From contig NIVC01001331.1 in assembly GCA_002269645.1 (NCBI GenBank), positions 62,001 to 126,000 of the forward strand: DNA of 64,000 nucleotides, given 5' to 3'. Made by a program: the position numbers and the translations under genes. Of the stretch, positions 1 through 11,289 are shown one piece after another (positions within the stretch are counted from its first letter, which is position 1; every line of letters starts with the position of its first letter). Origin of the DNA: Macrostomum lignano (taxonomy: Eukaryota). The notes beneath the pieces were generated by a model, which had not been told where the DNA came from, did not search any database, and was given only the letters and a program-made list of their open reading frames with translations.

Positions 1-80
1 TGAACTGCAGGATGTAGCCGCGGAGTTCTAGAGACAGAAACTGGAGAGGTGAACTGCAGGATGTAGCCGCGGAGTTCTAA
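1..80. repeat. Edge of a ~50-bp direct repeat (tgaactgcaggatgtagccgcggagttcta at 1-30 and 51-80)
   Basis: Identical 30-mer occurs twice, 50 bp apart; it probably continues outside the window. Confidence 0.7.
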
Positions 81-450
81 CACCCAAAGTATGGAGGGAA
101 TTCAGCCCAAATCCTTTTAATTTTTACAACTGCAGCAGAATTCCGGGAGCGCAAAATGTGGGGGATTCATGAAGTCGGGAAAACTGAGGGGCTGCCGGAA
201 AAGCCGTGATCGAGCTCCAGATGGCGGTGAATTTGATGGGGCATCTTTTTTCATCCAGGGCTGCCCATCTGCTCCAGTGTTGCCGCATTTATTTGCATTT
301 GTGCGCCCCCCCCCCCTATACCTCATGTGTCTGGCCTGAGTTGGGAAGAGATGCTGGGAGAGAAATGTGTGCAATTGTGACAGATGAAGATGCAGAACTC
401 CTCTTATCTGGCTTAGTAAGATTTTCTGTTGGTTTAGTATTAGTGGAGTG

Positions 451-1060
451 AGAGTGTGACATTCTGTAATAAAGAGTGACATTCTGTAATAAAGAGTGAC
501 ATTCTGTAATAAAGAGTGACATTCTGTAATAAAGAGTGACATTCTGTAATAAAGAGTGACATTCTGTAATAAAGTGTGACATTCTGTAATAAAGAGTGAC
601 ATTCTGTAATAAAGAGTGACATTCTGTAATAAAGAGTGACATTCTGTAATAAAGAGTGACATTCCGTAATAAAGAGTGACATTCTGTAATAAAGAGTGAC
701 ATTCTGTAATAAAGAGTGACATTCTGTAATAAAGAGTGACATTCTGTAATAAAGAGTGACATTCTGTAATAAAGTGTGACATTCTGTAATAAAGAGTGAC
801 ATTCTGTAAAAAAGAGTGACATTCCGTAATAAAGAGTGACATTCCGTAATAAAGAGTGACATTCTGTAATAAAGAGTGACATTCTGTAATAAAGAGTGAC
901 ATTCTGTAATAAAGAGTGACATTCTGTAATAAAGAGTGACATTCTGTAATAAAGTGTGACATTCTGTAATAAAGAGTGACATTCCGTAATAAAGAGTGAC
1001 ATTCTGTAATAAAGTGTGACATTCTGTAATAAAGAGTGACATTCTGTAATAGAGTGACAT
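451..1060. repeat. 20-bp tandem array (attctgtaataaagagtgac), ~30 copies
   Basis: Exact 20-bp periodicity is visible directly. Confidence 0.97.
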
Positions 1061-1616
1061 TGTACGAGTAATACATTGTACGAGTGACATTCTATAAAAG
1101 CAAAGAGAGCCAGTGCCATTCTGCAGATGAAGAACATTATTTTGTAAAGAGATGCTTCATCTTTTTGAGGCGATTCTCCCGAGCATAAGTGCAGGAAGTA
1201 CAGTAACTAAACCCCTTTGTCAGTTTTCTAGACAATAAAAATGAAATATCCCTAACCAGGGTAGCAACCTGTCAGCTGCACGCTTGAACAGGTTTCTCTC
1301 CTCTCAGTTGACTGAAAGTAAAAACCCTGCTCAAATGCCTCTAGGAGCAGGTTAGGATTTTTCAAAACAAGCCATTTTCATCATGCGGCATTTTGACAAT
1401 CCGACCCTGACGTTTTTAGTAGCTCAAAGCTGCTCGACTGTCACGTAAATTGCAAAGCCTCGCTTCACAGCGCTCTGTCTGACTGTGATTCCAACATATC
1501 GCCTTTCATAGAACAGCGGCTTGGCCGTGGAAATCCCTTTGAAAGTTGAGCTGAGACTGCGTGCAGATGCCTGTCTGGCTGGGGCTGGGCTGATGTCGGC
1601 TGGGGCATCGCTCTGC

Positions 1617-2125
1617 CTGCATCTCTGTCTCCCTCTGTCTCCCTCTCTGTCTCTCTCTCTCTGTCTCCCTCTGTCTCCCTCTGTCTCCCTCTCTGTCCCC
1701 CTCTCTGTCTCCCTCTCTGTCTCCCTCTCTGTCTCCCTCTCTGTCTCTCTCTCTGTCTCCCTCTGTCTCCCTCTCTGTCTCTCTCTCTGTCTCCCTCTGT
1801 CTCCCTCTGTCTCCCTCTGTCTCCCTCTGTCTCCCTCTGTCTCCCTCTGTCTCCCTCTCTGTCTCTCTCTCTCTGTCTCCCTCTGTCTCCCTCTCTGTCT
1901 CTCTCTCTGTCTCCCTCTGTCTCCCTCTGTCTCCCTCTGTCTCCCTCTGTCTCCCTCTGTCTCCCTCTGTCTCCCTCTGTCTCCCTCTGTCTCCCTCTGT
2001 CTCCCTCTGTCTCCCTCTGTCTCCCTCTCTGTCTCCCTCTGTCTCCCTCTCTGTCTCCCTCTCTGTCTCCTTCTCCGTCTCCCTCCCTCTCTCCCTCTCT
2101 CTGCCTCCCTCTCTCTGTCTCCCTC
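1617..2125. repeat. CT-rich micro/minisatellite (ctctgtctcc-type units)
   Basis: Low-complexity pyrimidine repeat seen directly. Confidence 0.95.
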
Positions 2126-2834
2126 GGTCTCCCTTTCTAGTCTGGCTTATTTTTTTCCCAATATACAGTTTTGAGTACCCAATCTCTCTGATTCCCTCTC
2201 CCTCTCCAACTCTCCCAAGTCAAATTTGTCCGAACAGAAATTTCTACGAAAAAGGAGATTTGTTAAAATGCAAAGAGAGCCCCCCCGACCTTCATTAGCC
2301 AGGTTGGTCAGGCGTGGCCGGGCAGTGGGGCGATGGTCAATTTGTATTTCTTATTTAAAAAATACTCAACGACTGCAGGTGCGCCGGGTAAGAAACAAAA
2401 AAGAAACTAATGAGGTGTGAAAGCAATATTTTCCTTCCAAAGTCTTGCGCACAGGTGTGCTTTCCCGATCGAGTGGATTAATAATTATTCGACAATAATT
2501 ATTGCCGAATATTCTCGATTGCACCTGTTGGGGAAATCTGTGAAAATTGTGCTTATTTGGCCAACAAAATGCAAAACAATATCCGAATAATATAAGATAT
2601 TTAGTTCAGGTTTGTAGCTGCTTGTGACATGTGATTTCGGCAAAGAGAAAAATATTTTGCAATGAAAAAGCTTCAATTTTAAAAAGTGATTTTGTTTTAA
2701 TTTAAAACTTTGAATTCTGGAAAGGGTTTTTTTAAAGTTCTTGAAAATGATTTTGAACTCCGGAAAATTATTCTGAACTCTGGAAAATATTTTTTTAACT
2801 TTTGGAACCGATTTGAAATTCAAGTAATGATATT

Positions 2835-3030
2835 GAATTCCGGGAAATGATTTGGAATTCCGGGAAATGATTTTGAATTCCGGGAAATGATTTTGAATTC
2901 CGGGAAATGATTTTGAATTCTGGGAAATGATTTTGAATTCCGGGAAATGATTTTGAATTCCGGGAAATGATTTTGAATTCCGGGAAATGATTTTGAATTC
3001 CGGGAAATGATTTTGAATTCTCGGAAATGA
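2835..3030. repeat. 20-bp tandem array (gaattccgggaaatgatttt), ~9 copies, directly upstream of the coding exon
   Basis: 20-bp periodicity seen directly. Confidence 0.93.
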
Positions 3031-3081
3031 CTCCAACTTCAACTCGAAATTTCTCCCCATCCATCGGCGCCGCCCGGCCAG

Positions 3082-3851
3082 GCTCCGCCGTCGCCCCACC
3101 GCCAGCCAGCAAGCGAGCCGCCCTGCCGCCCTCCGAGGCCAAAGCGGCCGTGCTGCGCATGCGCCGCAGCCTGCTACTCGGCGCCATGGAGTCCGGCATG
3201 CCAGCCGCGCGTCGGCGCCGTCGAAAACGCGACCTGGTCGAATTCAGCCCGGAGGAGTACCGGCAGTTGGCCGCCATGCTGGCCAGCCAGCCAGTCGGCG
3301 GCTACGTCGAAGACGCCGAAGGCAACATCCGGCTGGCCGCCGACGATCGCGACGGCGCCGATCCCGAGGCGGCCGCCGAGGAGCGGGCCGAACCGGCCGT
3401 CGACGTCGATGACTACGACAACAATGACGCCGGCGGTCTCTTTGAGGGCTGGGCCGAGGAGCCCGTCAGGGACGACAACTTCCCTGGCGAGGAGAAAGAG
3501 GAGGAGGAGGACGGATCTGGGCGAGAAAACTTCAGCGAAACCGCCGACCTGTCATCGATGCTGCCACCGCCGCCACCGCCGCCACCTCCGCCGCCGCCGC
3601 CGCTGCCGCCGAGCCGGCAGCCGCTGACGATGTTCCTGGTGCGCATGGCGGGCGTGAAGGGCCTGTTCGTGCCGCTGGACCAGGACCGTGCCGAGCAGAT
3701 GGCCGACGAGCTCACCGGAGAGGCGGCCATCGCTGAGGCCGCCGAAGCTCAGGCCGAGGCCGAGCGGCGCTCGCAACTCGAGGCGGCCGGCGTGGCCGAG
3801 CTGAAGCGATTCGCCGAGAAGTTGGCCAGGCGCGTCCCGCCCGGCTACTGA
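3082..3851 (+). CDS. Coding exon of an acidic, dibasic-site-rich (prohormone/granin-like) protein; 5' exon(s) not identified
   Basis: Strongly GC3-biased ORF (3027-3851) containing KR, RMRR, RRRRRKR, KR and RR sites, acidic stretches and a poly-Pro tract. Candidate acceptor ccag at 3078-3081; TGA at 3849-3851; GTGAG donor at 3861. Confidence 0.65.
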
Positions 3852-3874
3852 GCTGCCGAGGTGAGCTGTGTTTC

Positions 3875-4898
3875 TGATCTCACTCTTGATCTCACTCTTG
3901 ATCTCACTCTTGATCTCACTCATAATCTCACTCATGATCTCACTCTTGATCTCACTCATGATCTCACTCTTGATCTCACTCTTGATCTCACTCTTGATCT
4001 CACTCTTGATCTCACTCTTGATCTCATTCTTGATCTCACTAGTGATCTCACTCTTGATCTCACTCATGATCTCACTCTTGATCTCACTAGTGATCTCACT
4101 CTTGATCTCACTCTTGATCTCACTCTTGATCTCACTCTTGATCTCACTCTTGATCTTACTCTTGATCTCACTCTTGATCTCACTCTTGATCTCACTAGTG
4201 ATCTCACTTATGATCTCACTCTTGATCTCACTCTTGATCTCACTCTTGATCTCACTCTTGATCTCACTCTTGATCTCACTCTTGATCTCACTAGTGATCT
4301 CACTTATGATCTCACTCTTGATCTCACTCTTGATCTCACTCTTGATCTCACTCTTGATCTCACTCTTGATCTCACTCTTGATCTCACTCTTGATCTCACT
4401 CTTGATCTCACTCTTGATCTCACTCTTGATCTCACTCTTGATCTTACTCTTGATCTCACTCTTGATCTCACTCTTGATCTCACTCTTGATCTCACTCTTG
4501 ATCTCACTCTTGATCTCACTCTTGATCTCACTTATGATCTCACTCTTGATCTCACTCTTGATCTCACTCTTGATCTCACTAGTGATCTCACTTATGATCT
4601 CACTCTTGATCTCACTCTTGATCTCACTCTTGATCTCACTCTTGATCTCACTCTTGATCTCACTCTTGATCTCACTCTTGATCTCACTCTTGATCTCACT
4701 CTTGATCTCACTCTTGATCTTACTCTTGATCTCACTCTTGATCTTACTCAGGATCTCACTCTTGATCTCACTCTTGATCTTACTCAGGATCTCACTAGTG
4801 ATCTCACTCTTGATCTCACTCTTGATCTCACTCTTGATCTCACTCTTGATCTCACTCTTGATCTCACTCTTGATCTCACTCTTGATCTCACTAGTGAT
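3875..4898. repeat. 12-bp tandem array (gatctcactctt), ~85 copies, filling intron 3861-5042
   Basis: Periodicity seen directly; the array starts ~14 nt after the donor. Confidence 0.97.
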
Positions 4899-5042
4899 CT
4901 TGGTCATGAACTCACTCATTAACTCGCTTGTGAATTCACTCACTCAATGAATAATTCATAAACTCATTTATTCATAGAGTCGAAAAAGACCTCATTTAGC
5001 GGTCTCAAACACTCATACTGCAGTTTTCTAACTGAATTCCAG

Positions 5043-5275
5043 GAAAATTCCGGTCAGTCGATGGCGGTCCCCAAGGAACGAAGGTCTGCGGCCGCACGCA
5101 ACCCAGCACGATGCGCTCCTAATTGAATAGTTTATGAAAAGCTGAGACAGACAGGCTTAAATCTGATTGAATATTTCAAGTGTCGTTCAAAAAAACATCC
5201 GCCGGCCTGCCCGCGTGTCAAACGAACAAAAATATAAGTTTAAAAAATAAAATAAAGTTCAATGCTAATACGAGC
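5043..5275 (+). other. Probable terminal 3'-UTR exon of the prohormone-like gene
   Basis: Branch-point CTAAC at 5028-5032, AG at 5041-5042, and overlapping AATAAA signals at 5246-5256. Confidence 0.5.
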
Positions 5276-5424
5276 GTAAAACTGCAGTGAAAACTAATAC
5301 GCGGTGACAATAATTTTGAGCAGCATCAGCAAAACTCACACGGCTGTGTTTTTGATTTGTTTCTTTTCCGCTTGAAAATTTCATGGTTAGCATTTGTAGT
5401 CTACTGAGAGTAGAAATAAAGGGT

Positions 5425-5660
5425 TTTCTAAGAAATGAGCTGGAGCTAGGTCGATTTTCTTAGAAATGAGCTGGAGCTAGGTCGATTTTCTTAGAAATGG
5501 GCTGAATCTATGTCGATTTTCTTAGAAATGATCTGGAGCTAGGTCGACTTTCTTAGAAATAAGTTGGAGCTAGGTCGATATTCTTAGAAATGAGCTGGAG
5601 CAAGGTCGACTTTCTTAGAAATGAGCTGGAGATAGGTCGATTTTCTTAGAAATTAGCTGG
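5425..5660. repeat. 31-bp tandem array (ttcttagaaatgagctggagctaggtcgatt), ~7 copies
   Basis: Periodicity seen directly, with diverged copies. Confidence 0.9.
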
Positions 5661-6414
5661 AGGTCGGTAAGGAACGTATATCTGTCATATCTCTAGTGCG
5701 CTTAGTACATGCATGCTCTAAAGAACGAGCATTAGCTGAATATAGAAAATAAATAGCATCAAAATGATTTTTCCTTGCTTTTCTTATCGGCCTCCAGTTA
5801 ATTTCTAAGAAAGTCAAGTGTAGCGTCCTTCTACCAAGGACTACTAAGTAAACTCGGGAGGCGGAACTTCAACTTGGTAGGAATTTTTTTCAAGGCCCGC
5901 CCAGAAAGCATTCTCTATGATAAAAAGTTGGTAAATATTTAGCATAACAGTTATGCGTCCTGAGTTTTTCAGTAGTTCTTGCCTTCTACTTCAGTTGTGC
6001 TTGGTATTTTTGATAGGCCTTCAAAATGTTTCTAAGAAATTGTCCTCTCGTTTATATTCTAGAATAATTACAGATTCGTTTCTTGATTTTCTAAAAAGAA
6101 AGTTGAAACAAAGGCAGTAAAAATAGAATTTATACAGATTGAACAAATCAATCGTATTACCGCTAATTACATAATTGCATCATCACTGAGCCCATTAGCA
6201 TCGCATTGATGTGCAATGTTTGAGCAGAATAATGTGTATTTAGACCGCTATACAATGTACATACAATTTACTGTATACAGTTATGGATTGGCAAGAATAA
6301 TTTACAGGTGCACAAATTAAATCAATTATTTTATATTTACAAAGGAAATTATGATATGTGCAGTTATTGCCACCAGCTTGATGCTGACTGATTGACAGAT
6401 TCTGTTCGATGCAG

Positions 6415-6594
6415 TCACCGAACTGCAGCAATGGCTGGAGCGTCACTCGATCGCAGGTACTTGGCGATGTCAGCCCAGAGCCGGTCGAACGTCTGCGACA
6501 GAGAAGTTGAAGACAACCGCCGGCGCCTCTGACAGGCGGTCTCGTTGTAGAAGTACCAGACCGTCACCTCCTTGCTGAATCGGACAGACTTCAT
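6415..6594 (-). CDS. Candidate 59-aa micropeptide with an N-terminal PP1-docking RVxF motif (MKSVRFSKEVTVWYF...)
   Basis: GC3-rich codons within AT-rich flanks; it is the first ATG downstream of a TATA/Inr pair; KSVRF fits K-x-V-x-F. Confidence 0.55.
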   Translation of the reverse strand: MKSVRFSKEVTVWYFYNETACQRRRRLSSTSLSQTFDRLWADIAKYLRSSDAPAIAAVR

Positions 6595-6819
6595 TAGTTG
6601 TAACAAAATTTGTGTTTCAAATCTTTGAAAAGGCGAGTTTTTTTAAAAAGGACCGTTTCGCGGCTGCTTGTCAGAGGTATTTATAGTCTTATTGCGCTGT
6701 TATTGTTTAGCCCTGCGTGTTGGGGTGGGCGGCTGGGGGTTATACACTAACTAAATAGCTGTAGGCACGAGGCGGCTTCTTCTTGTCAGCTGCAACTTCT
6801 CCGCGCGGCCCCTGAGCTC

Positions 6820-6860
6820 CGCTGACTCGCGCCTCTCGTACCCTGCGTGTTTATAATATA
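6820..6860 (-). promoter_or_regulatory. TATA box (TATAAA, 6855-6850) and TCAG initiator (A at 6823) for the micropeptide gene
   Basis: Canonical ~32-nt TATA-to-Inr spacing on the minus strand. Confidence 0.5.
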
Positions 6861-8859
6861 AGAAGACAGGCAGCAGTGTGAGACACAAATCGTGAATCAG
6901 AATGGTTTAGCAGAATTGGGAAAGGCTTCAATTTAGGCAGGGCCAAGCTGTATATGTCTTTTGTTTTTCATGCACAACACAATTTTAAGGTGGACTAGTG
7001 AGTGACCGAAGGATCTATTTTTGGGCTTAACAATAGCAAGTACTGGTATATAGTATATTCCCTCTATAGTCTAAGTGAAGCCCGCACAACTGCACAATAA
7101 AGAGCTGTTCATAAAGATTCATATATGGAGATCGGGGGTGCACTTCAGTAAACAATTTTCCTATTATTACATTGACACATGAAAAAAACATTATATTGAC
7201 ACAAGTTAGAAAATACCAGCTCATAGTACCTAAAAATGCTTCAAGTTCTGTGAAGGAGAGCCGAGAGGATTTGCGCCAGAAATGCCCTGCACTTCTCATA
7301 TCCGTTTGTAAAGACTCCGGATTTCTTCTAATATTGCTGCAGCTATTTTAATTTTGACAGATCCGCATTTAAGCAACGCAGACAATATATTGTTTCGCGT
7401 AGCATATAATTATTGGGGAAGGGGGGTTGGACACTTCAATTCAAAAAGAAGTCTTGGCAAAACTTCGTCTAGCAGCTGTCTGTTTACTTGAGTGGAGTAG
7501 CCTTTAGCCATCACAGCTGAAGCCGGGGACCGCTAGCGACTTATATTATACTCCTCTGCGCGGCCTTCATCAAGCCCATATTGACGCAGTTGGACAATAG
7601 CTCAGTCTGTTTAATTTGTAACTAAAAAGTTTTTGTCTGGGCAGGGACGTCGTTATGGATTTTATTTGTGAGGGGCACAAAGCCAAGTATTTTACATGCA
7701 TATGACTAAATTCCAACATGTTATTTTGAGAATCGAGAGGTGTTATTAGCGCTGATTTTAGCGCCGCAGGTAGGCACTTATTTTGACGCCCTGAAGCAGA
7801 ATTAATTGGCATGTCGTCGAAGTCCAGCTTTTACTAGGGGGAAGGGGTTTACGACGCCCCTGGTGTGCTGGACAACATGTCATGTACATGTACATCTGGG
7901 TGTAATTCTACATGTACAAGCCATTTGCACTGTCAATGACGTATAGTGCTTAGTGCTTTATTTTAACAAATAATTTTAGATTTTTCAACCTCAAGTATGC
8001 GATGCGATTACATATACATCACCTATGATGTACATGTAGGGGATAAGAATTTTAGCAACGGTCTGCAGCTCTGCAGCACATGCACAAAATCCTGTCAGTT
8101 TTTTCGACTCAATGCATTGCATGCACAGTGTGTTGTGTACATGTAAGTCTGTTCAGTTCGGAGTAGCTATTCGAAATAAATCTAGGCACCTTGTGCCCCT
8201 CCGCGAGCTCTCGACAAAAGGCTCCGTCTTTATTATTTCCTTTTTAGATCCATCGCTATCTTACCAAGGACCACTAGGAACACTTCATCTAGTAGTCCTT
8301 GTATCTTACTCGAGAGTCTCCTCTCAGTGATGCTCACATGAACAGGCTAGCAAACGCCGTATATACAAATAGATATTAACTAGCCATTTAGCCCCCCGCT
8401 GGGGGGCTTTAAAATGACACCAAGTGGTTTTTATTTTGGCTCAACAGTAACCATTAATTTCCATTTCCATAAATCAAAAATTACTTTTTCTCATTTTGAA
8501 GAAAATAAATTGTCATGAATTAAAACTTTCACCAGCAAAAAAAGTTTCCTTCATCAGCCCAAAACCCTTTTTCAATCAGCAAATAGTGCTAATCCTTTCA
8601 AGCACAAACTCTTAGAGCATATCGTCATTGGCCTGGGCATATTCTGGTCCGCAGCAGGAGCTCAATATACCAATCCCTGACGGCCTTTGACCCCTATTTA
8701 TTAGCCTAACTCAAAGAATCAAACCTTTAGTAAATACGCTGGTATTTCCTATCAGCAGAATTCAGCATCACTTGTGTGTACTATTTTATTACCTGAATTA
8801 AATGAGCTACCTGAGCCGTACTACTTGACGATCTGACAATCGCTCAACAACCTAACCCC

Positions 8860-10470
8860 CTTCCCCAACAATTCAGCCATCCCCATGAGCCTTGATATCT
8901 CAGAAATTCCCCCAGTAGGCCTTGACATCTCAGAAATTCCCTAAGAAAGCATCGAGATCGCAGCAATTAAACTCGAGCCTTGACATCTACGTAATCCCCC
9001 AGTAAGCCTTGACATCTCAGCAATTCCTCCAAGAAGCCTTGACATCTCAAGAATTTTCCCAGTAAGCCCTGACATCTGAGCGATTCCCAGGAGCCTTGAA
9101 ATCTCAGAAATTACCCCAAAAAGCCATATGACATCTCAGCAATTCCTGAGATGTCTCCACAACAACCTGAAATTATCCCTTCCAATCCCAAAAAACAGAC
9201 TGCAGTCATACTCTAGCGGCCTAGAATTGTCCCCACAGCAAACAATAATTTGCTCAGCAGTCCACAGTAATCCACAGTTACCACCTCAGCAGTTTGCAGC
9301 TATACGCTCATAAGTCTGGAGCAAAGATCATATCATTGCTTCTGAATATGGTCTGGAGGAACTCCGTCTGCAAATCTCACATTTTTACATCTATTATATG
9401 ATCCTCCAGACGATATGATCTATATGTCTGGAGGAACTACCTTAGCAGCTTGCAGTTTGTCCCCTTTGCAGTCTGCAATGATCCTTTTGACAATCTGCAG
9501 TTCTTCTGTCGGCCGGCTCCTCAGTCTCCCATGCTTAGCAAACTGCAATGGTATTTTCAACAATAAAAATTTGCTAAAAATTTATTACGGTTCACTAATC
9601 AATTTTCGATACATATCGGCAGTGTTTGCACAAATCAGCATTAAGCAATACTTTCATTCCTAAATAGCAAGCATCCCCCAAAAGAAAGCAATCTCAGCAC
9701 TTTCACCTCATAAGCCTTTGAAACCTCAATTCAAGCAATTTTTCCAGTAAGCCATGGCATATCAGCAATTCCCCATGGGCCTTGAACTCTCAGAAATTGC
9801 CCCAAAAAGCCATGACATCTCAGCAATTCCTGAGATATGCCCACAACAACCTGAAATTATCCCTTCTAATCCCACAAAACAGACTGCTGTCATTATCTTA
9901 GCAGCCTGGAGTTATCCCCTTGCAGTCTATAACTTTCATTAACATTAAGCATTTATCCCCTCAGCAGCCTAGAACTGTCCCGTCAGCAAACCACAATAAT
10001 TCACTCAGCAGTCCACAGTAATTCCCTAAACAACCTGCACTTAATCACTTAAACTGCACAGTTTTGAAACTGATGTCTTGCTATCCTATCTTCTCTGAGA
10101 GTTGTCTTGCTCAGAATTCTACCAATCCTCCAAGCAGCCCCCTCAGCAGTTATCAGCTATGCGCTTATAAGTCTGGAGGAACTACCTCAGCAGTTTTCAG
10201 TTTGTCCCCTTTCAGCAGTTTTCAGTTTGTCCCCTTTCAGCAGTTTTCAGTTTGTCCCCTTTGCAGTCTGCATGAAATGACCATTTCGCCAATCTGCAGT
10301 TCCCCTCAGCAGTCTGCAGTTCTCCTCTCGGCCGGCTCCTCAGTATCCTCAGCAAACTGAAATAAAGGATCCTTTCTCAGCATTTATTACGGTTCACTAA
10401 TCAATTTTCGATACATATCGGCAGTTTTTTCACAATTCAGCCTTCATTTTAACAATAAATTTAGCAGCTT
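8860..10470. repeat. Degenerate nested duplications (e.g. 9135-9205 vs 9820-9890; 9580-9625 vs 10382-10425)
   Basis: Near-identical blocks recur ~700-800 bp apart, with shorter subrepeats (gacatctcag..attcc, gtctggaggaact). Confidence 0.85.
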
Positions 10471-10674
10471 AGCAATTTGATACTTTCATGGAGCTAGGCA
10501 ATAACCATTGATGCGATGAGTAATACGCGAAGCAGTTTTTTACAAATCAAATTTGCTTAGTAAATTAGCTAAAATGTTTCGTTAAGTGTGTGCCTAGCAA
10601 ATTCAACAAAAATATTCCTATTAGTTGAGCCTGAAGCTATATATAAATGAATAATTTAATTTAATTTTAATCAT

Positions 10675-10756
10675 CCGCCGAGGAGCCAGAATCGAACCTT
10701 GGACCTTACGCCTAGCCTAAACCTAGTCCTAGTGCCTACACTGCGGCTATTCCGCC
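10675..10756 (-). pseudogene. tRNA-derived sequence (SINE head or tRNA pseudogene) with an A-rich tail
   Basis: Minus strand GGCGGAATAGCCGCAGTG...GGTTCGATTC shows A-box and B-box similarity. The acceptor stem does not pair, so it is not a functional tRNA. Confidence 0.55.
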
Positions 10757-11241
10757 AACTGATCGGAGGGCGCAAAAATCAGCCATATATGCTTCGGCAC
10801 TGCAGTCAAATACATAGCAGTGATAGGCTGCTCAGTGTGCACAGGTTGTGTGCAGGCAGAGCCAATGCACAATTGAGTGAAATCTATAAATAGCAATTGT
10901 CTATGCAGTCAGCCAGAGCAGAATGTACACACGCAGCCACTGAGCATTATTTTCCTCTCCCTTGCTGCATCCAGTACTGAGAGGCCTACTACACAATGAA
11001 GAGAGAAAAGTTGTGGCGCAATCTTAATTGGAATTGCTATTCAGTTAGTCAAGATTTTGACCTTTTCTAGCCTCCCATTGAAAGAATTGGGAAAACTCGT
11101 TTTTCGAATATTTAATCATCTTCCCATTCGAATTTTTCAATGCAATTAGATCCACAAAATCTCACAAGAATTTACAATTGAATAAAGCAAGTTTGAAAAA
11201 AATCGGTTTGGGCATTCAGGCTGTAGACTGGAATACCGGTC

Positions 11242-11289
<48 letters not shown>

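Noticed and set aside
117-1137. Long minus-strand ORFs with ECHSLLQNVTLYYRMSLFIT repeats
   Set aside because: Translations of a 20-bp satellite; the unit is not a multiple of 3 and all frames give the same cyclic peptide.
3552-4950. (SEIK)n, (LDLT)n, (LLIS)n and (RSRV)n ORFs
   Set aside because: Stop-free frames of a 12-bp satellite lying inside a GT-AG intron.
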